Shown here one piece after another: positions 1-9,767 of a stretch of 64,000 bases of DNA. This DNA is from Nanobdellota archaeon. GTDB taxonomy: Archaea; Nanobdellota; Nanobdellia; Woesearchaeales; GW2011-AR4. Numbering within the stretch: the first letter of the stretch is position 1; each line of letters starts with the position of its first letter. The notes below the pieces were generated by a model. That model was not told the DNA's origin. It did no database searches and saw only the letters and a list, made by a program, of their open reading frames with translations. The stretch is from contig JBBSWH010000001.1 of the NCBI GenBank assembly GCA_038046385.1, forward strand, positions 1 to 64,000, read 5' to 3'. The position numbers and the translations under genes were made by a program.

Positions 1-110
1 TTTTTGACGACTTAATTTTAACATTAAAGAGAAAAATTTGAAATTTTATGAAACACCTGTTTAACGACGTTTTAATGTTGTTAAACTGCGTGTTAGGGCT
101 TTTTACATAT

Positions 111-158
111 GAAAATAAGCACTGGACACTGGACATCTGCGCGCGCAGGGTATTTAAA
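111..158 (+). promoter_or_regulatory. CACTGGACA motif (two overlapping copies) plus TATA box TATTTAAA upstream of the recombinase
   Basis: 111-129 is 19/19 identical to 48397-48415; 127-170 resembles 60263-60302. Confidence 0.5.
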
Positions 159-175
159 TCAAAAGCATCCATAAC

Positions 176-991
176 ATGGTTATGGATGACTTCAGAATAC
201 TAGTGGATGAAATGAAAGTAAGGGGATTCAGCAGGAAAACTATCAAGTGCTATCTGCATATAAACAGCAGGTTTCTTGAATTTATCAAAAAATCACCAAA
301 AGACATAAACAAAAGTGACATTGAAGCGTATCTTGTGCATCTTTACGACAGAAACTTATCTTCTGCAACGAGGCATCTGGCGTGTGCAGCATTAAAATTC
401 TATTATGAAGAAGTCATGAAAAGAAGGTTTCAATTGAAGTTTCCAAAAAAATCAAGCAAGCTGCCAATTGTTCTGGAAAAAGAAGAAATTTTGAAGATGA
501 TTGACGCAACATCAAACCTAAAACATAAGCTTCTTCTGATGCTGATGTATGGCTCAGGATTAAGGGTAGGGGAAGCAATAAAAGCCAGAATAGAAGATTT
601 TGACATACACATAAAGGTATTCACTGTCAAATCAGGCAAAGGCGCAAAAGACAGGTATACAAATTTATCAGAAAAATTTATTCATAATTTTACAATATTC
701 ACTAAAAATAAACTATCTGGCTTTTTGTTTGAATCAGAATATAATATAGGACATCCAATAACATCAAGGACCGCATCCAAAATTGTTGAACATTCATTGA
801 GAAAAGCAGGAATAAGCAAGAAAGCGCACTGCCACACTTTGAGGACAAGCTACGCAACGCATCTAATAGAAAATGGGACTGATATTTCTTACATTCAAAA
901 GCTGCTTGGGCATTCTGACATCAGAACAACACAATCATACATAAGATTAAGCAATGAGTCAATAAGGAATGTAAAAAGCCCGCTGGATTAA
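176..991 (+). CDS. Xer-like tyrosine recombinase with N-terminal SAM-like domain
   Basis: Catalytic motifs GLRVGE, KGAKDR, HTLR, LLGH and TTQSY; N-terminus RGFSRKTIKCY. No integron-integrase insertion visible. Confidence 0.9.
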   Translation: MVMDDFRILVDEMKVRGFSRKTIKCYLHINSRFLEFIKKSPKDINKSDIEAYLVHLYDRNLSSATRHLACAALKFYYEEVMKRRFQLKFPKKSSKLPIVLEKEEILKMIDATSNLKHKLLLMLMYGSGLRVGEAIKARIEDFDIHIKVFTVKSGKGAKDRYTNLSEKFIHNFTIFTKNKLSGFLFESEYNIGHPITSRTASKIVEHSLRKAGISKKAHCHTLRTSYATHLIENGTDISYIQKLLGHSDIRTTQSYIRLSNESIRNVKSPLD

Positions 992-1098
992 CGAAAGATT
1001 TTATAAATCACATCACACTATCTATGGGTATCAATTAGCGTATAACTATTTATTTTCCATATAGAACAAAATAAATAAAGAGTGGCTATTGTAATGTA

Positions 1099-1166
1099 TC
1101 GAGGCGTTGCGATGTGGAGTTTGGAGCAACGCCGAGTGTAAGATTTGTTCACGAAGTGAACAGAAT
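1099..1166 (+). repeat. Family A hairpin element (CGAG-stem-CGAG plus GAA-triloop hairpin)
   Basis: cgag gcgttgc..gcaacgc cgag followed by ttgttcac GAA gtgaacag; six related copies in the window. Confidence 0.75.
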
Positions 1167-1199
1167 TAAGCATTAAAAAATCAAGAAACTTTAATCAAA

Positions 1200-3788
1200 A
1201 TGATAACACACTCAGAAAAATTATACAAGCCGGAGGAAATCAAGCACATACTTAATCCCATAATCAACAAATGGTTCTTCACAAGATTCAAGGAATTTTC
1301 GCTGCCGCAAAAGCATGCTGTGATGGAAATACACTCAAGAAATAATGTTCTCATAAGCGCGCCAACAGGAGCGACAAAAACTTTGACTTCTTTTTTATCA
1401 ATTTTAAATGAGCTAATTGATTCAGATGAAAAAGGAATTCTTGAAAACAGGGTTTATTGCATTTATGTAAGCCCGCTTAAGGCATTGTCAGAAGATATCA
1501 AAGTTAATCTATTGGAACCATTGAAAGAGATGGAAAAAATTGCAGGCAGGAAACTTGGAGTTAGAGTTTCATCAAGAACTGGCGACACAACTCCGTCTGA
1601 AAAGGCAAGGATGCTCAAGCATCCGCCGCATATTCTGATAACAACTCCAGAGAGTCTTGCAATAATGCTGTCATCAATAAAATTCAGCGAGCTTCTGAAA
1701 AACGCAGAATGGCTTATCATAGATGAAATCCACGCTCTTGCGGAAAACAAAAGAGGAGTTCATATGTCCTTGTCAATTGAAAGGCTGAACAGGATAGCGC
1801 CTGCAATGACAAGAATCGGATTGTCGGCAACAATAGCACCATTGGAAGAGATTGCGAAATTTCTCGTTGGATATGAAAACGGAAAGTTAAGGGACTGCAA
1901 GATAATTGACGTTCAGTTCATCAAGCAGATGGATCTGAAAGTTTTGTCACCGGTCCCTGATTTGGTTGACACGGAACACAAAGAAGTGCATGATGCAATG
2001 TACCGACTTATTGACGACCTTGTGCAGTCACACAGAACGACGTTAATTTTTACCAACACTCGGGCAGGAACAGAAAGAGTTGTTCATTTTCTCAAGGAGA
2101 AGTATCCAAAGAATTATGCCGAGAATATTGGGGCACATCACGGCTCATTGGCAAAAGAAATGCGGCATAATATAGAACAAAGATTAAGGAACGGAGAATT
2201 GAAAGTGATTGTGTCAAGCACTTCGCTTGAGCTTGGATTAGACATAGGTTACATTGACTTGGTTATCTGCCTTGGATCGCCAAAATCTGTTGCAAGATTT
2301 TTGCAGCGAGCCGGAAGATCAGGACATAGGCTGCACGACACAGTCAAGGCAAGAATAATTGTCATGGACAGGGATGATTTAATTGAATGCGCTGTTCTTC
2401 TAAAATCAGCAATAGAAAAAAAAATTGACAAAGTGCACATACCGACAAAATGCCTTGATGTGCTGGCGCAGCAGATACACGGAATCTCGCTTGAACAAGT
2501 GTGGAAAGTTGAAGATGTTTTCAAGCTGATAAAACAAAGCTATTGCTACCATAATCTCGAAAGAAAAGATTTTACTGAAATTCTTGAATATCTTTCCGGT
2601 AAGTATGTTTCGCTTGAGGACAGGCACATTTACGCAAAGATATGGTACGACGAGGAAACGCAGGAAATCGGAAAAAAGGGAAAGATGTCGCGTGTCATTC
2701 ATATGACCAACATCGGCACAATTCCGGATGAATCTTTCATAACAGTCAAAGCCGGAGAGCAGTCAATAGGCCACATTGACGAGGGCTTTCTTGAAAGGAT
2801 GAAAAAAGGCGATGTTTTTGTTTTAGGCGGGGAAAAATATATGTTTATGTACGCAAAAGGAATGGTTGCATATGTTTCTGCATCTGTTGACAGGTCTCCG
2901 ACAATCCCGTCGTGGGTTTCTGAAATGCTTCCGCTGAGCTTTGACCTTGCGCTTGAAATTGGGCGTTTCAGGAAATTGATGAACGAATTATTCTGCTCCA
3001 ACAAGACGAAGGAAGAGCTGATGGAGTTCATAAACCACTATCTTTATGTTGATGCAAACGCCGCTAATTCAGTTTATGACTATTTTTACGAGCAGTTCAA
3101 TTATGCTGAAATTCCGTCTCATTCAAGAATCATAGTTGAGCATTATTCGGAAGACAGAAGCAAAAGGAAGTTTGCAATATTCCACACACTTTATGGGAGA
3201 AGAGTAAATGACTGCTTATCCAGGGCTGTAGCGTTTGCCATAACAAGGACGCAGCACAAGGATGTTGAAATTGGGATAAATGACAATGGGTTTTTCATCG
3301 GATCAGACAGGAGCGTCAATGCAGTTCATGCTTTTTCTTTGGTAAAATCCACTGAGATGAGGAAGGTGATGGACATGGCGCTTGAGCAAACTGAAGTTTT
3401 AAGACGAAGATTTAGGCACTGCGCTGGCCGTTCGATGATGATACTGCGAAATTACATGGGCCATCAGAAAAGAGTCGGAAGGCAGCAAGTTTCGTCTATG
3501 ATACTTATGAATGCTGTCAAGAGGATTGACCCGAATTTTTCAATTTTGAAGGAAGCAAGAAGGGAAGTTCTTGAAGACCTGATGGACATCGACAACACGG
3601 CGAAAGTTGTTGAAGGCATAGAAAAGAAAAATATTGTTATTAAAGAGATTAACACAAAAATACCGTCTCCATTTGCATTCAACCTGATACTTCAGGGATC
3701 AACAGACATAATGAAGATAGAAGACAAAGTCGAGTTTATCAGGAGAATGCACGAGCAGGTTATGGCGAAGATAAAAATAGGCAAATAA
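1200..3788 (+). CDS. lhr: ATP-dependent Lhr-like helicase
   Basis: APTGATKT Walker A variant, DEIH, SAT, HHGSL, LELGLDIG, QRAGRSGH, C-terminal PSPFA. Confidence 0.93.
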   Translation: MITHSEKLYKPEEIKHILNPIINKWFFTRFKEFSLPQKHAVMEIHSRNNVLISAPTGATKTLTSFLSILNELIDSDEKGILENRVYCIYVSPLKALSEDIKVNLLEPLKEMEKIAGRKLGVRVSSRTGDTTPSEKARMLKHPPHILITTPESLAIMLSSIKFSELLKNAEWLIIDEIHALAENKRGVHMSLSIERLNRIAPAMTRIGLSATIAPLEEIAKFLVGYENGKLRDCKIIDVQFIKQMDLKVLSPVPDLVDTEHKEVHDAMYRLIDDLVQSHRTTLIFTNTRAGTERVVHFLKEKYPKNYAENIGAHHGSLAKEMRHNIEQRLRNGELKVIVSSTSLELGLDIGYIDLVICLGSPKSVARFLQRAGRSGHRLHDTVKARIIVMDRDDLIECAVLLKSAIEKKIDKVHIPTKCLDVLAQQIHGISLEQVWKVEDVFKLIKQSYCYHNLERKDFTEILEYLSGKYVSLEDRHIYAKIWYDEETQEIGKKGKMSRVIHMTNIGTIPDESFITVKAGEQSIGHIDEGFLERMKKGDVFVLGGEKYMFMYAKGMVAYVSASVDRSPTIPSWVSEMLPLSFDLALEIGRFRKLMNELFCSNKTKEELMEFINHYLYVDANAANSVYDYFYEQFNYAEIPSHSRIIVEHYSEDRSKRKFAIFHTLYGRRVNDCLSRAVAFAITRTQHKDVEIGINDNGFFIGSDRSVNAVHAFSLVKSTEMRKVMDMALEQTEVLRRRFRHCAGRSMMILRNYMGHQKRVGRQQVSSMILMNAVKRIDPNFSILKEARREVLEDLMDIDNTAKVVEGIEKKNIVIKEINTKIPSPFAFNLILQGSTDIMKIEDKVEFIRRMHEQVMAKIKIGK

Positions 3789-3833
3789 CAAGCACGGATA
3801 AGATTTTATATTGCATAATTTTTTACTAGTAAC

Positions 3834-4520
3834 CTAATCTTCTTTTATTATGCTGTCCCTTATTATTTCATAGTAAGCTGACGGCAGCTTATGCGCTTTA
3901 TCTATACTTTCAGCCGGAGAATAATACATATTTTCATGATGGTTCCCATAAATGACCAAATAGGGGTGTGTATGGATTGCCTCTGCCAGGATTTCTGGCT
4001 TGAGAATGTTTTCATTATACTGGCAGACTGCAGCAACTTTAATGCGGGGAAATATGCTGTTTACCTGCGACTCATATTCCATAAACTTGCTGTTGTCTTT
4101 TGAATTTTCACATACGCAAGTTGCTTCTCCTGAGATTCTTATTCCGTTATATCCTTCTTTAATAACTTCCTGTTCAGTCTTTTTCAAAAATTCAATCATC
4201 CAGCTTGCGTCAAATGATCTGTTTTTTAGGTATGTTTCATCCTTAGTCAATATTACAAGCTGGTTTAATTTAATATATTTGTCAACGTCAATTCTGTTTT
4301 TTTTAAATTCTAGAAGCACTTCTTCTTTTGAATTTTCTTCAGTGGTGTAAATGCATTTTTCATTATTGCTTAATCCTGCTTTAAAAAAAGGAACAATAAC
4401 TGAGAACTGCTGTTTCTTATTATTGTATATTGAGCAGATGTGGTCCCCTAATTTTATCTTTTCAAAAAATCCATTTTTCTTTTTAGACAAATTATTGTGC
4501 ATAATTAACCAATTATGCAA
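3834..4520 (-). CDS. MEDS (DcmR-like sensory) domain protein
   Basis: GDHICSIY, GLSNNEKCIY, GIRISGE, YESQVN, CQY and THP motifs. Confidence 0.85.
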   Translation of the reverse strand: MHNWLIMHNNLSKKKNGFFEKIKLGDHICSIYNNKKQQFSVIVPFFKAGLSNNEKCIYTTEENSKEEVLLEFKKNRIDVDKYIKLNQLVILTKDETYLKNRSFDASWMIEFLKKTEQEVIKEGYNGIRISGEATCVCENSKDNSKFMEYESQVNSIFPRIKVAAVCQYNENILKPEILAEAIHTHPYLVIYGNHHENMYYSPAESIDKAHKLPSAYYEIIRDSIIKED

Positions 4521-4620
4521 CTAAACATAAAAACTTATTGTTTTTTACATCAACAATTCAGATAAAATCCTTAACCTTTAAAGCGAAGTTTTTATAAACT
4601 GCATTGCATATTGGATTTAT

Positions 4621-5199
4621 ATGATAATCGGAATAACTGGAAGCGTTGGAAGCGGAAAAAGTACAATCGCAAAGATATTCTCAAAGCATCATTATATCAG
4701 GATTGACGCTGACGAGATTGCGCATAAAATTCTTCAGAATAAAAAAATAATAAAAATAATTTCTGCAGAGTTTGGAAGTGAAACTGTAAAAAATAATTCA
4801 ATTGACAGGGAAGTTTTCGGAAACACCGTCTTCAATGACGATGCAAAATTAAAGAAGCTGAATTCTATAATGCACCCTTTGATAATCCTTGAGATAAAAA
4901 AAGAAATAGTTAAAATCAGGAAAAAATCTGGATCAAAATCAAAAATCATTGTTGATGCCCCGCTGTTGCTTGAAGTTGGGGCTGAAGACCTTGTCGACAA
5001 GATTATCGTAATCAAGGCGAGCAACAACAGCATACTGAGCAGGAACAGGAGATTTACCAAGGGGCAGATAGAAAACATTTTAAAGCACCAGATGCCGCTT
5101 GAAGAGAAGATGAAACACGCTGATTTCATGATTGACAACGACAAAAACTTTTCAAACACAGAAAAGCAGATAACTGACATAATAAAATCACTTGAATAA
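4621..5199 (+). CDS. coaE: Dephospho-CoA kinase (bacterial type)
   Basis: IGITGSVGSGKST, DADEIAH, HPLI, DAPLLLE. Confidence 0.92.
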   Translation: MIIGITGSVGSGKSTIAKIFSKHHYIRIDADEIAHKILQNKKIIKIISAEFGSETVKNNSIDREVFGNTVFNDDAKLKKLNSIMHPLIILEIKKEIVKIRKKSGSKSKIIVDAPLLLEVGAEDLVDKIIVIKASNNSILSRNRRFTKGQIENILKHQMPLEEKMKHADFMIDNDKNFSNTEKQITDIIKSLE

Positions 5200-5201
5200 C
5201 A

Positions 5202-5684
5202 ATGAAAACTGCAGTCTATCCCGGAACATTTGACCCTGTCACAAACGGGCACATTGATGTAATTGAGAGGACATTAAAATTATTTGACAAGCTTTACATT
5301 GTCGTCGCTGACAATCCGCAAAAGAAGCATACCTTTTCCGCAAAAGAAAGGGTTGAAATGCTGAAGGATTCCCTGAAAAAATACAAGGGCAGTGTTGAAA
5401 TTGAATACCATGACGGACTGCTTCTTGATTATGTCAGGGCAAAAAAATCGCATTTTGTTGTCCGCGGACTGCGTGCTATTTCTGATTTTGAGTTTGAATT
5501 TCAAAGAGCGCAGTTTAACAGAGAGCTTGCAAAGGAGATTGACACTATTTTTATCATGACAAAAGATGATTATGCTTTCTTAAGCTCCAGTTTGATAAAA
5601 GAGATTGCAATGTTTAACGGCCCTGTGAAAGGGTTTGTTCCTGAAATCGTTGAGAAGAAGCTGAAAGAGAAGTTTAAGAAGTGA
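5202..5684 (+). CDS. coaD: Phosphopantetheine adenylyltransferase (bacterial type)
   Basis: YPGTFDPVTNGH, RGLRAISDFEFE, LSSSLIKE. Confidence 0.95.
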   Translation: MKTAVYPGTFDPVTNGHIDVIERTLKLFDKLYIVVADNPQKKHTFSAKERVEMLKDSLKKYKGSVEIEYHDGLLLDYVRAKKSHFVVRGLRAISDFEFEFQRAQFNRELAKEIDTIFIMTKDDYAFLSSSLIKEIAMFNGPVKGFVPEIVEKKLKEKFKK

Positions 5685-5701
5685 TATTTCTATAATGTAT
5701 T

Positions 5702-5760
5702 GCGAGCCGGTTATGGTGCCGGCGAGCACAAACTTTTGTTGCGAAGCAACGGAAAAATAA
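5702..5760 (+). repeat. Family A hairpin element
   Basis: gcgag ccgg..ccgg cgag then tttgttgcGAAgcaacggaaaaat, followed by an A-rich tail. Confidence 0.75.
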
Positions 5761-5819
5761 ACTCAATAATTAATTACATCAAAAAATATAAATTAAATAA
5801 CTAATAATATAAGAAAAAA

Positions 5820-6068
5820 TCACTGATAGAATTTGCTGAAGTCTTCTTCGTGCATTCTTTTTCTTGGCTCTTTGTCAGAAACTGTTTTCTGCTTTATGAG
5901 CCTTGCAGTGTATCCCGCTATAATATTCCTTAATTTCATGGATGCAACGGTAGTGTATTTTACGACAAGAGACTTGTTCTTCTCAAACTCAGGGGTAAAT
6001 TCCTGCGGATGCTCTTTTACAAGCTTCTTTGCTATTCTCTTAACAAGCAGTGTTTTGATTCTTCCCAT
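5820..6068 (-). CDS. rps17e: 30S ribosomal protein S17e
   Basis: MGRIKTLLVKR, FEKNK, LRNIIAGY. Confidence 0.95.
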   Translation of the reverse strand: MGRIKTLLVKRIAKKLVKEHPQEFTPEFEKNKSLVVKYTTVASMKLRNIIAGYTARLIKQKTVSDKEPRKRMHEEDFSKFYQ

Positions 6069-6070
6069 GT

Positions 6071-6328
6071 TTATTCCAGCTTAGTCTGATCGAAAGGCCT
6101 TGCAGCTGTGTCTTTTTTTGCAAATCCCGGCATTGCTCTTTTAACGATTATTGGTATGAGGTCCTGTTCGTATTCCATTTTTGCTATTTCAATAGGATTG
6201 TAGCCTATTTTTTTAAGATCATCATCATTTAATTTTATCATGAAAGGCGCACCCTGAGAAATCTGCAGTGCTCTTGCACCTACTATCCTTGCGTGCTCGT
6301 ATTTTGTCTGGTCTTCCTTTTTAATCAT
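6071..6328 (-). CDS. rpoK: RNA polymerase subunit Rpo6 (K)
   Basis: TKYEHARIVGARALQISQGAP. Start moved to MIKKED; the Met-rich extension is a shadow of an Asp-rich frame. Confidence 0.92.
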   Translation of the reverse strand: MIKKEDQTKYEHARIVGARALQISQGAPFMIKLNDDDLKKIGYNPIEIAKMEYEQDLIPIIVKRAMPGFAKKDTAARPFDQTKLE

Positions 6329-6414
6329 CATCACTGTCTCCATTATCATCATCCCAACTGTCATCATCATCAAAAAACATTTTCATCAGGCTCACCCCCT
6401 AACTATTCTGATTG

Positions 6415-6528
6415 TTAAAGCGGCTCGTCGTTGTCCACGAAACTTTCGCCGCATGATGGGCATTCTACTTCGCCTTCCTCTATAAGTGTGCCGCAACCCG
6501 GGCATTCTCTTTGGTCTTCATATTCCAT
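6415..6528 (-). CDS. Small zinc-ribbon protein (37 aa)
   Basis: Manually translated MEYEDQRECPGCGTLIEEGEVECPSCGESF; GGTGA SD-like motif upstream. Confidence 0.65.
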   Translation of the reverse strand: MEYEDQRECPGCGTLIEEGEVECPSCGESFVDNDEPL

Positions 6529-6777
6529 GTTTTCACCCTTTTATTGAAGAATACACCCTCATTGCTCTTTAAGTAAAGGCTTACCTTGAGATTTTAGGGG
6601 AATATTTAAAGCTATCGGAATTCCCAAGGTAATTCCTGACGTTTAAATATGTTTAAACGTATCGGTGACCTACATAGGGAATAATGGCATCATCTAAACA
6701 AAATTTTTAACTATTGCAGCCTTTAAATTATGTTACTACTAATTGATAATTAACGACCAAAAAGCTTAAATATTGAC

Positions 6778-7323
6778 ATGAATACTCTGCTAACTGATAT
6801 GGCACAAACCATTGATGAAGTTGTTCAGGGAATAGTTCATGATATTGAACGGGCCCCTTCTACTTTTCTGAATTTGGCAACCATAGCTGGCACTGAACAC
6901 GAAGTATTTGGGCCAAGACCTTTAGGAAACAAAGATGAAACTCCCAGATATGGATTTACAGATGAACTTATTTCTACAGCAAAATCCACAAATACTGATG
7001 AGTTATTTTACATAAAAAATCTGAGATATTGCGGGAGTATATTTTTAGTCAACCCAAGATTGGGCGAAGGATTGAATGCATTGACATTAATGATGAGGCT
7101 TGCTAGAGCAGGAGTTATCATTCCTGCTAACTATAGCGAAGGGATGGATTTAGATGCTTGGAAAGTAGTTCCGGAAGCAACTGCATCAATTAGGGAACTT
7201 GTCGAAGAAACAGGAACATCTCTTCCTAAAATAAACGAAAACATCGTGAAGCTAGTTAATCCAACCACATCATCCAAATCAGGAAAGGCGTTTTATGAGT
7301 GGATAGCCCAACATTATCAGTAA
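6778..7323 (+). CDS. Hypothetical protein
   Basis: 181-aa ORF with no recognised motif. Confidence 0.6.
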   Translation: MNTLLTDMAQTIDEVVQGIVHDIERAPSTFLNLATIAGTEHEVFGPRPLGNKDETPRYGFTDELISTAKSTNTDELFYIKNLRYCGSIFLVNPRLGEGLNALTLMMRLARAGVIIPANYSEGMDLDAWKVVPEATASIRELVEETGTSLPKINENIVKLVNPTTSSKSGKAFYEWIAQHYQ

Positions 7324-7334
7324 TTTTTTTAATC

Positions 7335-7435
7335 TTATTGTAAATTCGTGTATTTATATTTTAGCACGAATTTACAATCCCACATACTCGCTCATTTATT
7401 ACGAGGCGTAAACGCCGAGTGGCGAGTCTGCGTTA
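7335..7435 (-). repeat. Family B double-hairpin element
   Basis: Close match to 56302-56414; begins at the TAA stop of the upstream minus-strand gene. Confidence 0.75.
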
Positions 7436-7732
7436 TTTTGCCTTCTTTTTAAGAAAATCCACTCTTTCCTGCACCTTTTTTAGTGCAGTTGGCTTGGTTT
7501 TTGCCTTTATAAGGTCAGAAGCTAATTCCTTATCTCCGATTATGTCGTTAACCCAGTTGCCGAAATCGCTTTTTTCCTTGTTGACATGGTGCTTAAACGT
7601 TTTATTATCCATGCTTTTCAATTCTTTTGCAAGCCCTTCAAGGTTTGAAATAGTGTGGCCGTCATTGGCCCAGAATAACCTGTCGCCAGGCACATTTGAA
7701 AGATATCTCTGCGCTTCCTGTTTTGTAACCAT
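7433..7732 (-). CDS. DUF5752-like protein (glycogen cluster)
   Basis: FWANDG..NL..L, FKHHVNKEKSDFGNWV..IIGD..LA; paralog of the next gene. Confidence 0.7.
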   Translation of the reverse strand: MVTKQEAQRYLSNVPGDRLFWANDGHTISNLEGLAKELKSMDNKTFKHHVNKEKSDFGNWVNDIIGDKELASDLIKAKTKPTALKKVQERVDFLKKKAK

Positions 7733-8062
7733 TTACATCATCTCCTTTACGACTCTTCTTAAAACTGCTATCTGTGTTTCCATCTTGTTTTTTGCCATGC
7801 TGATATCGTCTGCAAGGCTGTGATCGTAGAAAACATCTCTTACCCAACTGCTGAAGTCGTTCTTGAGCTCGTTTGAATGGTGCTTGAAAACATCTTCGCT
7901 CATTGTTTCCAGCGCATCGGCAAGATCCAGAATATTTTTTAATCTGTTTCCGTCTGCAACGACAAAATGCTGCTCTGTCGGAGCCTCTCCAAGAATCTTC
8001 TTTTTTATAATGACTTCAACTACCGGCTTATTCTCGTGTTTAGAACCATTATTCTTTTTCAT
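7733..8062 (-). CDS. DUF5752-like protein (glycogen cluster)
   Basis: FVVADG..LKN..LA, FKHH..NDFSSWVRDV. Confidence 0.7.
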   Translation of the reverse strand: MKKNNGSKHENKPVVEVIIKKKILGEAPTEQHFVVADGNRLKNILDLADALETMSEDVFKHHSNELKNDFSSWVRDVFYDHSLADDISMAKNKMETQIAVLRRVVKEMM

Positions 8063-8124
8063 GCTATCTACCTCTTTTTTTATATCTTATTTGAAAGGTT
8101 GTTTTTAAAGTTTGCTATTCTTTC

Positions 8125-9330
8125 TTACTCTTCAATCAACTTCTCTCCCATTTTATTCGCCTTTATCCTGAAGTCGCTCAAAATGTTCATGTACGTGATG
8201 AATGCTTCATACGGGCTGTCGTATGGGTTGAAGTATTTGTGCACGTCGCCGTCGTTAAACCACTTGGTGCACATGTAATAGAAATGATCTGATGTCTGCA
8301 GCCTTCTCCATTCATCGATTAATTCAGGATTGCCGGATAATTTTACAGGCGTCTCAAGCATATAAGTTTCCTTGATTGCTTCCTGCTGCATCTTGTTTCC
8401 CAACCATGCCGATAAATCACGCTCTACATCAGCCCAGCTGACAAAATTGTGAAAATCTGCTTCACCGACCGGAGGATACCTTTTGATTGCTTCTGAAGGA
8501 GTTACGAAATCATTGTCAGGATGCTTTAAAATTTCATGAGGAAGCCATCTTAAGAATTCAAAAATACCCTTGTCTTCCCACTGATGCTCGCCGAATGTTT
8601 CATAGTCCATAAATAAATTCAGAACATTTCCGTTGCCGTTTATTGCATTAACCCAATGGGCAAACTTCGGCGCGGTCAATGGAAACTCTTTCCAGCTCTG
8701 CTCTGAAAATCTGAATGCAATGTCATCTGATAATTTGTAATTTTTTAATAACAAGCTCATATTTTTTGAATTAACAGGCTTGTACACGAAATTCGGGCTT
8801 CTCCATCCGAGTATATGATCTGCGCCTTCTGCAATTATTCCCTTGTAGCCCATTTTCTCGACGTAATTTGCAAGCTCGTTGTTGTAAATCAATTCAGTGT
8901 TCCTGAAAACAGTCGGCTTGTAGTTGAACAGCTGCCTTATTTTCCTGTTGTGCATTTCAACCTGCTCTTTGAAATCTTCCTTTGAGTAAAGATAAGAAAG
9001 CGAATGATGGTATGTTTCGTCCAATAATTCAACGCATCCTGTATCGACCAATTCCTTGAAGCTGTCAATGACTTCAGGCATCCATTTTTCAAACTGCTCA
9101 AGCGCAACTCCGCTCATGCTGTATGCTGCTTTGAATTTGCCGTCTGTCTTGTTTATCAATTCAAGAATTGTCCTGTTTGCAGGAAGATAGCATTTGTTTG
9201 CAACTTTTCTCACTATTGCTTCATTCTTCGGATTGTCAAAGTAATTGTTATGTTTTCCTATTTCAAAAACAGAATAACGACGCAACCTCATCGGCTGGTG
9301 GACCTGGAAATAGAAGCAGGTGCTTACCAT
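8125..9330 (-). CDS. GH57 alpha-amylase
   Basis: FQVHQP, ETYHHSL, FRNTELIY, DYETFGEHQW, SWAD.ERDLSAWLGN, TSDHFYYM. Confidence 0.93.
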   Translation of the reverse strand: MVSTCFYFQVHQPMRLRRYSVFEIGKHNNYFDNPKNEAIVRKVANKCYLPANRTILELINKTDGKFKAAYSMSGVALEQFEKWMPEVIDSFKELVDTGCVELLDETYHHSLSYLYSKEDFKEQVEMHNRKIRQLFNYKPTVFRNTELIYNNELANYVEKMGYKGIIAEGADHILGWRSPNFVYKPVNSKNMSLLLKNYKLSDDIAFRFSEQSWKEFPLTAPKFAHWVNAINGNGNVLNLFMDYETFGEHQWEDKGIFEFLRWLPHEILKHPDNDFVTPSEAIKRYPPVGEADFHNFVSWADVERDLSAWLGNKMQQEAIKETYMLETPVKLSGNPELIDEWRRLQTSDHFYYMCTKWFNDGDVHKYFNPYDSPYEAFITYMNILSDFRIKANKMGEKLIEE

Positions 9331-9638
9331 TTTGGCACCTCAAGATTTATGATTTTATTGTCAGATATTTTATTTTCAGCAATTCCGTTTTTTCTAAGAT
9401 GATCTTTTCCGAATGCAGTAAGCTCATAGATTCTTACATAAGAAGAGCTGAATGCTTCTTTAACTAAAGTTTTTCCTGAAAGATGAACAAGATGATTGGA
9501 TACAGTGCGCCAGTTTACTTTTGTTTCGCCGGCTATCTGATTGATGGTTTTCTGGCCCGATGCAAGCGACAAAAGAATTAAATTCCTTATATCCTCAAAA
9601 GTCCTTTTAGCAGTAAAATCTTTTTCTATGTATAACAC
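9324..9638 (-). CDS. Winged-helix (ArsR-like) transcriptional regulator
   Basis: ILLSL..GQKTINQIA....NWRTVSNHL..L; YELTAFG. Confidence 0.75.
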   Translation of the reverse strand: MLYIEKDFTAKRTFEDIRNLILLSLASGQKTINQIAGETKVNWRTVSNHLVHLSGKTLVKEAFSSSYVRIYELTAFGKDHLRKNGIAENKISDNKIINLEVPKW

Positions 9639-9767
9639 CCCTTTATGAAATCAACCTATGATTATTATAGTCCTAAGGTGGTCATATAAAAACATATTGT
9701 TTTGCATCAGGTATGCCTCTCTAGTGGTATCAAAGATTTATAAAAGAAAAGAATAAATTAAGGCATA

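Noticed and set aside
176-991. Bona fide integron integrase
   Set aside because: The IntI-specific insertion between patches II and III is absent.
1035-1072. dif site downstream of the recombinase
   Set aside because: Only a left-arm-like GCGTATAA is present; spacer and right arm do not fit.
6329-6373. Met-rich N-terminal extension of RpoK
   Set aside because: It is a shadow of GAT repeats in another frame; family similarity starts at MIKKED.
7335-7435. attC site (starts TAAC at a stop codon)
   Set aside because: No complementary GTTRRRY at the other end, and the flanking genes are not cassette-like.
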